64,000 nucleotides of DNA from Octopus sinensis (taxonomy: Eukaryota). Under the pieces are notes generated by a model. That model did not search any database, had not been told where the DNA came from, and worked only from the letters and a program-made list of their open reading frames with translations. Position numbers and translations under genes: made by a program. Every line of letters begins with the position of its first letter. Within the stretch, counting starts at the first letter, position 1. The stretch spans positions 51,956,001 to 52,020,000 of the forward strand of contig NC_042999.1 of assembly GCF_006345805.1 (NCBI RefSeq). The letters run 5' to 3'. Below, piece after piece: positions 26,802 through 38,109 of this stretch.

Positions 26802-28191
26802 CAAAAGAAACAGTGCAGTAGGAATATGCTAATAACCCAAAGAAACAAAACTCACAGAAAAATACTATTTATTGCAAATATTCACAAATTCAATACCTTA
26901 TCAACTAAAGTACGATTGAGGATTGACTCGTGCAGTAAGATATGATCTACAATAACTGTTGAAAGTGTGCGCCATTCACCTGCAGACATAAACGAGCGCG
27001 ACGCTGCGTGTTTTGAAAAACACACTCAAGTTCATCAGGTTTGATGTTTTGAATAACACTTGTTATTTTCTGCTTCAGTTCATCCGTAGTTCGAGGATTG
27101 TCTGCATACACTGAGTCTTTCAATTTGCCCCACAAATAAAAGTCAGGAGGTGTTAAATCCGGTGATCGAGGTGGCCACAAACCACGAGAGATCACACGAT
27201 CCCCAAAGACATCACCAACTGCAGCCATACTGACACGAGCCGTATGTGCAGTTGCACCATCTTGCTGGAACCAGCCTTGTTGCTTTTCTTGCTCCGTCAG
27301 TTGATCAAAAAATGGCTCCAGGATGTTATGAATGTAACACTCAGATGTGATGGTGTTTTCAAAAAAGATAGGTCCAATTATACGCCGCCTTGACAAAGCA
27401 CACCAAACACCAACTTTTTGATCGTGGAGTGGTTTCTGAAACAGAGCATGAGGATTTATTGTAGACCACACTCTAGAGTTCTGACTGTTCATGTACCCGG
27501 ACAAATGGAACCATGCTTCATCACTGAAGAATGTATGGTTTAAAATGTTTTCACCTTTCTCTAGAATAAAATTTTCAAACCACCGACAGAAGAGTACGCG
27601 TTTTTCTGAATCCTGAGGCTTCAGTTCATGAACAACATGCACTTTATATGGAAAGAATTTAAGTTGATGCACTGCTCGGTGAGTTGATGTTAGAGATATC
27701 CTAGTTTCTTGAGACAAACGCCTCAAAGACTTTCGTGGGCTCCTCTGCAGTTTGTTGGTAACATTCTGTAAGACTGTATCTGTAACGACTTTTGGGCGGC
27801 CACTTTTGGGTTTGTCTTGAACACTTCCAGTTTTTTTTAACTTATGCAACAAAGCGGAAACACAATTTCGATGCGGCAAACGTTCTGCACCAAATGTTTC
27901 TTGAAATGACTCTTGCACTTCTTTTGTGTATTTGCCACCATCTCGGAAAACATTTTCAACAATAAATATCCTTTCTTGTAAGGTAAGCACCATTTTCAAA
28001 GGGTCCCTGAAACAAAAGAATATTTAATATAAATATCTAAAATTTAGATATCTAAATTATCTAAATATAATATTTAAAATCTTTTGGGAAAATATTTTCA
28101 ACTATAAATATCCTTTCTTGTGTTCAGTGCACTGTTTCTTTATGTATACCTATGAAAATGTTCAGTGCACTGTTTCTTTTGGAACACCCTG
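26802..28191 (-). mobile_element. Tc1/mariner-superfamily DNA transposon (rosa/DD41D-like) with one truncated TIR
   Basis: The right end reads CAGGGTGTTCCAAAAGAAACAGTGCA on minus, followed by TA at 28192-28193. The left end keeps only the inner 16 bp, CAAAAGAAACAGTGCA, at 26802-26817. AATAAA on minus at 26869-26874. Confidence 0.85.
26947..27993 (-). CDS. Intact 348-aa transposase (N-terminal HTH plus DDD catalytic domain, DD38D spacing)
   Basis: Uninterrupted ORF from ATG 27993 to TAG 26947; motifs FFSDEAWFHLSGY, FQQDGATAH, WPPRSPDLTPPDFYLWG; 38 residues between the second and third Asp. Confidence 0.9.
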   Translation of the reverse strand: MVLTLQERIFIVENVFRDGGKYTKEVQESFQETFGAERLPHRNCVSALLHKLKKTGSVQDKPKSGRPKVVTDTVLQNVTNKLQRSPRKSLRRLSQETRISLTSTHRAVHQLKFFPYKVHVVHELKPQDSEKRVLFCRWFENFILEKGENILNHTFFSDEAWFHLSGYMNSQNSRVWSTINPHALFQKPLHDQKVGVWCALSRRRIIGPIFFENTITSECYIHNILEPFFDQLTEQEKQQGWFQQDGATAHTARVSMAAVGDVFGDRVISRGLWPPRSPDLTPPDFYLWGKLKDSVYADNPRTTDELKQKITSVIQNIKPDELECVFQNTQRRARLCLQVNGAHFQQLL

Positions 28192-28259
28192 TATATGCAT
28201 ATATATGCACACACATATATATATACCATATGCATACACACACACACATATATATATAA

Positions 28260-28330
<71 letters not shown>

Positions 28331-30093
28331 TAAACAGTAAAAATAATTACAGACATGGACAAGAACAAGAAACACCACAGAGACGACACAAGAACCACAG
28401 GACGGGACATTCGAAGCCCTCAGTCATCAGTCAAGAACCAGATCATCTTAGCAATTTCGGCTGATTAATCTATATATATATATATATATAATACAAGCAT
28501 ATTAGTAATTATATATATCTTAGAAAAGTTACTTATAATTTATGCGATACTTTGCCATTTGCAGAAGACGCTTTATAAAATTACCATATATTCTCGTGTT
28601 ATATAACACACATTTGTGAAGACGCATATATATAAATATGCATTTCTCATAATTGTGAAATACTTGTGCGAATAATCGCTATCATATTCACGTGCATATA
28701 TGCATAAATGAAACATACACGCGCACATAAACAAAGGTGGCACCAAGACTTGCAACTCTTAATATGAATAAAATAATAAGCGTGTGTAATAAATATTTTC
28801 AATTATATGGAACAAAATCATTTAAAAAATGCTAAAATAATACTATATAAATAATTGAATTATTATTTAAGAAATAGTTTTTATTGATAAATTTTAAGAA
28901 ATAGTTTTTATTGATAAAAAAGGGAAATAAACAACAACAACAAAAAAACAACAGTCGAAAAGACTTTTTTTTAATTTTCTTCACCAAATGAAGAATTTGT
29001 AAGAAGAGAAAACGAAAGGGAAATAGTTTGAATTCTTGAAATTGAAGTTTTTCTTTGACAGCAGTAATTTTGTATGATTCATCAAAAGCTCTCCACAGAT
29101 TAAAATAGCCACCGTAATATTCATTAGGCTGAAAATCAAAGAAAGATTGGACGGATTTTCAAACATTCATCATTCAAGGAGACTAATGTAAGGATAAAGC
29201 AATGACTATAGTGAAAAGGGTGGGGGGAGAGGGAGAAAGAAGTGGGGAGTGGAGAGATTCATAAGTTCGATGTGTCTAATTCAATTATGAAATGCGGAAA
29301 AAGTAGCAGTTTAAAACATTTCCATTAATTTGATAATTTGCTCCAATTATTTGTAAAACATTTCTGAATCTCCGAACCGATTGCAATAACAGATGTTTTC
29401 TTTTTTTTTTCTTTTTCGCGGGGAAAGAATTGAGAAGCAAAATATTCGGGTGATTGTAGTGGAATTCATTCCGTCAGACATCCTGGAAGTGAGATCTAAA
29501 TATAGACCTTTGCATTAAATCCCTTCTGGAATGTATAACAATAGTCTGGCCCACATTAAAAGAAATAAAATAATAGGATTAACTGTGCCTTCGCCCTACA
29601 GAAATAGTTCTTCACCAACTATGCCATTTCCAGATGGCATTCCATGAAATAATTCTCTGTGATGCAGTTGTGTATGCTTTCATTTATTCGTTATAGAAAT
29701 ATTGGAAGTAAGGCTGCTCATATTTTTATTGAGTGCCAAGGTAGAAGTACACAAGAAAATGATGTCATTCTCCTTACAATTTCAGCTGCTTACTTACTCT
29801 TAGCTAATTGAATTATGCTTTCAGTGAAATGAGGCTTTTTAACTAAATGTTGTTTGTGCCAACAGATGACGCCAGCAGTCTTTCAATAGACTCGAGAATA
29901 GAAACCATATTTTACTGAAACTTAACTATAGAGTAATTTAGAGAAATGTCGACATCAACTCACTCAGCCGATCAGTGAATCACCCATTTACTGAGATACC
30001 TTATGCTTGCATCACTGCATCCCTGTCAATATAGCTGTCTGTTTGCCTATATTTATATGTCTGTGTCAGTAAGTATACGTCTGTGCGTATATG

Positions 30094-30175
<82 letters not shown>

Positions 30176-30851
30176 TATATGCATATATGTATGTACATAT
30201 AAGTATATATGTAGCTATGTGTGTATGTATATGTGTGTATCTATATGCATATATGTATGTATGTACATGTATCTCTTTATATATATGGATATATGTGTGC
30301 TTATATATATATCATTACTATCTGTATATCCAATCGTAACTCGACGTCTTCATTTGTCAGGATAGTTATATACACACCCATGTGTTGCACACGTGATGTA
30401 TATTCAGACGTATCTCGGTGCGGTATGAGAAGGGAGTTGGGGTGATCGGAAATACAGGAAAATGAAAATAGCTACAAACAAAAGAAAAATTAATCAAAGA
30501 AACTGAACTTTAACAAGATTCTAATTGAAAATCGAACTGAAAATTGAAAAAAAAATGTAGTGAAAAATAGTGCTGATGATAAATATAATGATGAAAATTG
30601 CTTGGATAAATAGGTTGTTTCCTCAAATCCTAGTCAACAACAACTTCCTTCTTGAATAGGCGATGATACCACAAAATTTGAGTTACAAATGACTTAACAG
30701 ATCCTATAAGGAGGTGCTATTAAATTAGACATAACCGGGACCAATCTCTGATCAATACATACATGCATACATACATTCATACATACATACATTCATACAT
30801 ACATACATACATACATACATTCATAAATACATACATACATACATACATACA

Positions 30852-30882
<31 letters not shown>

Positions 30883-31006
30883 TATGGCTGCCCCCTCGTT
30901 ATCGAGTATGGCCATTGCACGAAGCTCAACTGTTACTGGTGCTGTGATCGAATGTGACTTTTTAGCCCAGCCAAAGATCTACAATGTCTTGTACAGAATT
31001 GGCAAC
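30883..31006 (-). mobile_element. RTE-like LINE 3' end with C2H2 finger; (TGTA)n tail at 30763-30880
   Basis: SCQFCTRHCRSLAGLKSHIRSQHQ*, then a short 3' UTR and a microsatellite tail. Confidence 0.65.
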
Positions 31007-31007
31007 T

Positions 31008-31507
31008 AACACGGAGGCACACATCAAGTGCCCGGAGGAGGTAGTACTGTCGTAGGTGAAGAGGGTGGCTGCTGGAAGACACTGTCTGGCAACAGGACTC
31101 TGTAGTATGCCACAAAAGCAGGCGAACCCAGTCATGGCTCTCACTCAATTTCTGCGACCACCTCACCCCTAACATCTGGTTACATAACTCCCTAGACTGC
31201 AACCCCCTTAGTTATGTGTGGGGCACAGTTGAGCGAGAGGCCAACAAAACTCCTTGTAACGCCGAAGTTAAACTGAAGGCAAGGATTATGGTAGCATTGA
31301 TCAACTTAAACAAGACGACTGTCCAGAAGGGTTGCAAGAGATTCCGAATTCGTCTGGAGGCTGTGCTTGACGTATATTGGCGATTTTATTGAATTAGTAT
31401 TTCAAAATATTTTTATGTAATTTTGGTAAATATATGTTAAAATGAGATGTCGGTGTTATTTTTATTTTCCGTAATTTAGACAATTTAGTCACCGCAACCC
31501 AATGTAT
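31008..31507 (+). mobile_element. maT/DD37D-like transposon 3' remnant
   Basis: NTEAHIKCPEEVVL..VWQQDSVVCHKSRRTQSWLS.NFCDH.TPNIW..NS.DCNPL..VWGTVERE.NKTPCN..LKARIM; TIR-like end near 31500. Confidence 0.8.
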
Positions 31508-31508
31508 A

Positions 31509-31579
<71 letters not shown>

Positions 31580-31668
31580 AAGTTTATGAAAAAAGAAACA
31601 AAAGACGAAGACAGGTGGTGTACAAAACAAACAGATGTATTAGTATAGCGCTCAGGAATAGAAAAAGT

Positions 31669-31704
31669 CTTTTACGTTTCGGGCCCACGCTCTTCTACAG
31701 AAAG
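31669..31704 (-). ncRNA. Degenerate minimal hammerhead motif
   Basis: CTTT-CTGTAGA-a-GAGC-gtgg-GCCC-GAAA-CG-TA-AAAG: 4-bp helix I and palindromic ACGT helix III, but the core is altered. Confidence 0.45.
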
Positions 31705-31973
31705 GTACACAGAAAAAACAAGGAGAGAAACAAGCAGAGAAAAATGTGTGTGTGTGTGTGTGTGTGTGCATGTGTGTGTTTGTGTGTGTGTGTGTGTGTG
31801 TACTAGACTACCTGTGACCCGTCGGGTTACCAATAGTTCAAAGATGGTAACCCGTAATCTGATTTACACGAAATTTCTTGACGTCTCCTGCTTTTGTCCC
31901 TTTCTCTCTGTTTCATCAGACACTCTACAGAAAGGTACACAGAAAAAACAAGGAGAGAAACAAGTAGAGAAAA

Positions 31974-32040
<67 letters not shown>

Positions 32041-32162
32041 AGACTACCTGTGACCCGTCGGGTTACCAATAGTTCAAAGATGGTAACCCGTAATCTGATT
32101 TACACGAAATTTCTTGACGTCTCCTGCTTTTGTCCCTTTCTCTCTGTTTCATCAGACACTCT
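31694..32162. repeat. Tandem duplication of a ~233-bp unit
   Basis: 31694-31926 is repeated at 31924-32162 with TCT junction microhomology; the copies differ mainly in (GT)n length. Confidence 0.9.
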
Positions 32163-32300
32163 GCTCTTGGAGCATCCGATCCCTGATCTCTCCTACTGCT
32201 GCTTTTTATCTCCGTTCCGCCAGACACTCAGTCGTTGTTTTATCAGTCTCATTGATCCTTCTTTTCGATCTTGGGTAAATATGTCGTAAAGGAACCGTTC
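31802..32300 (-). mobile_element. Helitron-like 3' ends (duplicated)
   Basis: Minus strand: hairpin GTAACCCGACGGGTCAC, then about 8 nt, then CTAG|T at 31803-31806 and again at 32039-32042; upstream charged repeat AECLMKQRERDKSRRRQE. Confidence 0.5.
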
Positions 32301-32928
32301 GTACTTCTGTGTGAAATAATTTTTCCACAGGTTTTTCGAGTGCATTCAACGTATCTCTCCTCCAAACACACAGCAAGCCACTTCCTTCCGGAAAAGAAAG
32401 TGTTGAAGGGTGGATCTTTTACGAAATATTTACTGTATTCTCTAAGTCATTTTCACTTAAACATATTTTTTAAATTTGCCAGAAAAATAATTTTTGTAAT
32501 GGTATTCACTTGAAAATAATTTAAACAAAAATTAATATATTGTCTTTTAAAGAAAGCAAAAATATAAATACTTACTGTAAAAACAACTTACATTTTTGAA
32601 ATCTCATTCACTTAAAAATATTTCTAAATGATGAAAATAGGTATTTACACTCACCAAATCCCAATCTCACAAGAACCAGTTGTTCTATTTACGCGAAACC
32701 TGTTTTATTGTGCTTGTATTCACATTTCGGAGAACCTTAATTCATAGTATGTTCCCATTATGCGTTAGCTCGGCTGTGCAACATTGCAAGCAAGTAAGAT
32801 TGAAGTTCATTTTTAATATATTACAATATAATATAACATATTATAATATATATACATATATATACATATATATACATATATATATATACATACACACACA
32901 CACACACATATATATATATGTATATATA

Positions 32929-33737
32929 GTCAATAATAATAAGGGTAAAATTAATTAATCAGTAATTAATAATTTTACCAAGCAGTGTTCTGTATGTAAA
33001 ACGACCATTTACGGTATATTTAAAACATTACTTTATATAATTAGGGTTCAGCAAAAAAATTTACTTTACCACACACCGAACTTTTAGCAGCCAAAGAATT
33101 TTGCTATTTCTTCTACTATAAGAAGGGTCTCCCAGACAATGTATACTCAAAAACAATTCACGTAGGTATAGAGGGAAAAATAATGAAAGATCACTCGTAC
33201 ATCAATTACTTGAGAACGCCGTTTCTGGGTTAGTTAGATATAGAGATGCTAGAAATACATACCTATTCCAACATTTCTGCCATCAGCCCAAGATTTCGTT
33301 AAATTTAAATTTGAGAGCACTAAAAATCGAACATACCCGTCTGATTTGAGTAACCTCTGACGAACCACCTTCGACCACCAGTACTAACGAATTCAAAACG
33401 TACGAATGAGGCTTTGCATCCTCCCCTCTCCACCCACGTGAGTTATAGAGCAACAAATATCCACAGAAGGATCTGTAGTTTATTATCAGGGAGAGAATTA
33501 TATTGTCAATAATAATAAGGGTAAAATTAATTAATTAGTAATTAATAATTTTACCAAGCAGTGTTCTGTATGTAAAAAGACCATTTACGGTATATTTAAA
33601 ACATTACTTTATATAATTAGGGTTCAGCAAAAAAATTTACTTTGCCACACACCGAACTTTTAGAAATAGCAGCCAAAGAATTTTGCTATTTCCTCTACTA
33701 TAGAAGGGTCTCCCAGACAATGTATACTCAAAAACAA
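32929..33737 (-). mobile_element. Element with ~230-bp direct repeats (period 576 bp) and an HHR-like motif in the spacer
   Basis: 32929-33156 is repeated at 33505-33737 with several substitutions. Minus strand 33209-33292: CTTGGG-CTGATGG-...-CCCA-GAAA-CGGCG-TT-CTCAAG. Confidence 0.7.
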
Positions 33738-34954
33738 AAGTGTGTGTGTTATAACAACCCCTCTGCATTTTTATTAATGTCGGTTCTACTCTAATGTTTT
33801 GTATGTTTCTATGTGAAACGTCACAGTCTCTCACAATTTCATATTCTTGTATTACAGAAGTTTCTCTTCTAAATCTTTCTTACAGCACTACGCTCCATCT
33901 TAATGTGAGTTCTACCGTAATATATGAGTGGGGGTGGGAGTGGTGGGCTAGGATGTGTATAATGCATCCCCAGTTTTATTCGAACGTGAGTCTTGATATT
34001 CACAGAAGGTTAATATTGTTTCATGGAAGTAAGTGATATGAAAAGAACTTCCGGTATCGAAATTATGTCAATTATACGCGGTTTACCATTCTGAAACTCC
34101 CCTGTGATGCGAAAAATAACTTTTGAGAGGCACTTCTGACAATGAAATGCTGATTCTCACAAGAAACGATTCAGGTTTCTGGTGAGAAAATTTTATTATT
34201 GTTGGAACGGTTGTTGTTGCAAGAGATAAACAGATATGGTGTCAAGATTTTGCGAAATGCCATGCAAGTTCCAACTAAAAAGATCTATATTTTATGTAAT
34301 ATGACAGAATATGTTTTCACGGAGGGGGTGGGGTGGGTGGGTGAATAGTTATAAACCATGAAACAGCAATTGATATCGATCTCGACTGTTCTCATGCCGT
34401 ATATAACATAATTCTGCTTCATTGTCGTCGCTCTCCTCCTCCTCCTCCTCCTCATCTGTTATTTTTATCAGCATCATCAACGTAAGTCGTCGTCGTCGTC
34501 GTCTTTGCTCTTGCCGTGATGTTTGTCGTCGTCATCATCATCAGAATCATTAACGTCGTAATGACGATAATAATGATATATTCCATAAATATGGGGGAGT
34601 CAATATGTCATGCCCTACTATCAGAAAGACACGGGGAACGTTGTGAGGCTCCTTTATAAACTTTGTCACATTGCATGGTGGCTGTTTTCGTCTGCTTCTC
34701 GTTCACATTGCTGCTGTTTTTATTATTTAGCTGAAAGACTGATTGACTAGACCTATAGCGAAAAGTATTCCAGTTAAGATCATTTCGTTGAGTTTTATGT
34801 TAATCACTACATTGTTCCATGCTCCTTTCCTTTTCCCATGGTGATAAGTTCTCGTTCCCACACATTTGGCTTCTATTTCTAAAAGATACAACTAATACAC
34901 CAGAGTGTGAGGTGTTACTACGAGGTAACAAAAGGGGAAATGGTTTATTTAAAT

Positions 34955-35055
34955 TGTTTATTTCAGTCATTAAGCTGTGGCCATGCTGGGGCATCGCATT
35001 AAAAAGATTTTAGTCGAATGAATCGAGCCTATTATTTTTCTTTTATACCTGGCAC
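34955..35055 (-). mobile_element. SINE family B, 3' fragment
   Basis: TTTCAGTCATT..GGCCATGCTGGGGCATCGC tail on the plus strand. Confidence 0.6.
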
Positions 35056-35088
35056 GCACACACACACACATATATATATATATTAATA

Positions 35089-35290
35089 ATGGTTTTAAAT
35101 TTTGCCACAAGGGAAGCCATTTTGGGGAGGGGAGGAGTCGATTACATTGACCCCAGTGTTTCACTGGTACTTAATTTATCGCCCACGGAAAGATGAAAGT
35201 CGACTTCAGCAGAATTTGTGAACTCAGAATGTGAAGACAGACCGCTAAGCAATTCGCCCGGCTTGCTAAAGATTCTGCCAGCTAGTCGCC
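35089..35290 (-). mobile_element. SINE family A, diverged
   Basis: GACCCCAGT..CTGGTACTTAATTTATCG..GATGAAAGTCGAC..GAACTCAGAA..CTGCCAGCT.GTCGCC. Confidence 0.75.
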
Positions 35291-35399
35291 TTACCACACA
35301 CATATATATATAGTAATAATAACAATAATCCATAGATAGAATTTATAAATATTTTAATACGTCGCTACGCACGTTTCCACACATCACATATCTCTTAAG

Positions 35400-36125
35400 A
35401 TCACAGTCCATATTCCCGGGAGGATTACACTGTAGTCCATAGCATCTGTGAGCAAGACTCGAACACCCCACACTCGCATTAAAGAACACCTCAACATACG
35501 CGCATCCTCATTCAAAAAACACATTGACAAATGTAGAAACGTCAAACAACATATTACAGTTACCATGAAATCTAATGATAAAAATGTTGGCAACTTAAGA
35601 ATTTAGGAAGCCTTGCTTATACATAGATTCAACCCGCAAATAAATAATAGATTAGGACTCGGCACACAGTACTTAACATGAAAATACACACGCCACACGC
35701 AGACTAAACATTTCATACTAAAACGAAAAGAAGAAAATTGATTGAAAAATGATATATTAGCAATTGACGTCATTCACGGGGAAAGCGAATAAAACGCTTG
35801 GAAAATAAATTTAAATCAAGATTAAAAAAAAACATTTTATCCAAAGAAAATTCCTTAAACCCTGCTGAAGGGACTTTTAGGTCCCGAAATATTGGACAAA
35901 TAAAGACCAACAGTAACAAAAATATAAAAGCAAAAATCAAAGCAAAGATTGCCAAGTAATTTACTTTTAATATTCGTCACCTCATCTTACACTCTATTTT
36001 GCATTGCTTGGCCTTCTGTCTCTTTCAACGTGACATACCATTTACAATGCTCCAAGCAAACTATAACACACGCACATTCTTATATATTTGTATAGGTTCC
36101 TACACGACAGAGGCTACTACTCACT
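35400..36125 (+). mobile_element. Penelope-like element 3' end (GIY-YIG C-terminus plus pLTR with HHR-like motif)
   Basis: SKTRTPHTRIKEHL..SSFKKHIDKC..LRI*EALLIHRFNPQINNR at 35445-35660, then CC-CTGCTGA-a-GGGAC-ttttag-GTCCC-GAAA-TATT-GG at 35860-35895. Confidence 0.7.
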
Positions 36126-36134
36126 CAAAACTGA

Positions 36135-37340
36135 GAGCTGTTTATCTATTACTGACCAGCCAGGAACTAAGGCCATGCTGGAGCACCACCTTTCGGTACG
36201 ATCGATTTCTTTTCTGTACTGTTTTTGGTGAAACAGCGAGGTGGACAGAACGGCTCTTTTCGTGCTTCTTGCTGCGATGTGGATTCACCAGTTGTCTTGG
36301 ATAAAAATTTGTCCAGACACTTTTTGAAGACCTCCACATCTACACCTCGTAAATCTCTGACGTTGTTTGGCAGAATATCGAATGGCTGTGAACACTCGAA
36401 ACCCAACCTGTTTCAGTAGTGGGTCCTTATTCGAAATTGGAGAAGACGAGATCTTTGGTACCACGCAGCGCCGTGCAGTTCAGAGGTTGGTATAGTTTTC
36501 AATTCCAAAGTTGGGAGCTAGACCTTTCAGGATATAAAATATGTATATCACTGCATAGCTTTCACGTATTCTTATTTTTTTACTACCCACAAGGGGCTAA
36601 ACACAGAGATAACAAACGAGGACAGACAAACAGATTAAGTCGATTGTATCGACCCCAGTGCGTAACTGGTACTTATTTAATCGACCCCGAAAGGATGAAA
36701 GGCAAAGTCGACCTCGGCGGAATTTGAACTCAGAACGTAGCGGCAGACAAAATACCGCTCAGCATTTCGCCCAGCGTGCTAACGTTTCTGCCAGTTCGTT
36801 GCCTTTATCTTTCATGTATTCTGATTAGGGAGTAGAGCTTCATTTCGTTTAGTCTCTCCCAGTTGATCATCCGTTTCACTGAGTTAATCTTATTTGTGAC
36901 ACTGGATTACCTCAAGATTCGCCACCAGTTTGACACTCAGTTATGAGCAGTGTTCCAAATGACTGAAAACGAAAGTTCTCCATAAGAGTAGCATTCTATC
37001 CTTTTTCCTGGTTCTTAATGATCTCAGAATACATCCGGCTACTCGCCTTTACGGTGTTGCCATCTTGGTAATATGCACTTGGAATGTTGCGTCATTATTC
37101 ATATGGATTTCCAGGTCACGCACCGACTCTGATTCTGGGATTGCACTACATCCGAGTCCTGTATATTCCGGTTGAAGTGGGCTGAAAGTGGAGTATTTGA
37201 AACTTTTCATCAGCCCATTTTGTATATTGCATTCAGACCGTTTTGCAGTTTTCGTCTGTCATCAAGGTCCTTAACCACCTCTGATACTTTTGTATCGGCA
37301 GCCATTGATGGTGAAGTTGGATGACTAAATGGACATCTTA
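36135..37340 (-). mobile_element. CR1/L2-like LINE 3' part (RT C-terminus and 3' UTR), interrupted by a SINE
   Basis: ADTKV..LQNGLNAIY..VRDLEIHM..ATF..HI..ILRS.RTR..ML.LW.TFV.SHLEHCS..YSL..RESYAVIYI..ILKGLAPNFGI..RIRTHY..DILP..RDL.GVDV.VFK..LDKFLS. Confidence 0.85.
36573..36808 (-). mobile_element. Full-length SINE family A with 14-bp target-site duplication
   Basis: CTTTCACGTATTCT (36559-36572) and CTTTCATGTATTCT (36809-36822) flank the copy. Confidence 0.9.
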
Positions 37341-37768
37341 TAAATCAGCGGTTCACAACTTGTGTTTTTTTTTTTGTTTTTACCTCTAAACGGCTTTGAT
37401 TACTGTTTTACTCTGGTGGATCCCCGTAGTAATTCGATGTCTAAAGTTAGTTTTATTGATAGTTCTTTCAAAGTAACTATTTTGCTCTTCACACATTCAC
37501 TGGCGTCGTTTAAGCTATATAAAACATTGAAGAAAGCAATCTTGAAGATTCTTGTAATAAATACACCAAAACAAAACTTTTTCATGGACCCTTAATATAC
37601 CCTTAATATACAACTATGGGTCCCCAATTTCCTATATTGCTTGTGTCGACCCCACGAAATCTTAAATGGACTGCCGGGGGTCATATGCACTCCGATTGAG
37701 AAGCGCTGTTATAAATAGGCTGCTGACTTCAATGTTTTATTCCAATAAACGTGTAATAAACTTTGCAG

Positions 37769-37817
<49 letters not shown>

Positions 37818-37888
37818 GCGCGCGCGCGCGTGTGTGTGTGTGTGTGTATGGATATTTGTTTATTCATGTGGAGGTAATTATATAAATA

Positions 37889-37926
<38 letters not shown>

Positions 37927-37979
37927 CTTAATATTTACGTCTCTCTCTATATATATATATGTTCAGTATTAATATATGC

Positions 37980-38020
<41 letters not shown>

Positions 38021-38063
38021 TATAGATAGATAGGTAGATAGATAGATAGATAGATAGATAGAT

Positions 38064-38109
<46 letters not shown>

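Noticed and set aside
28395-28470. CTGATGA and GAAA motifs on minus in a short AT-flanked element
   Set aside because: The order and pairing do not give a coherent HHR.
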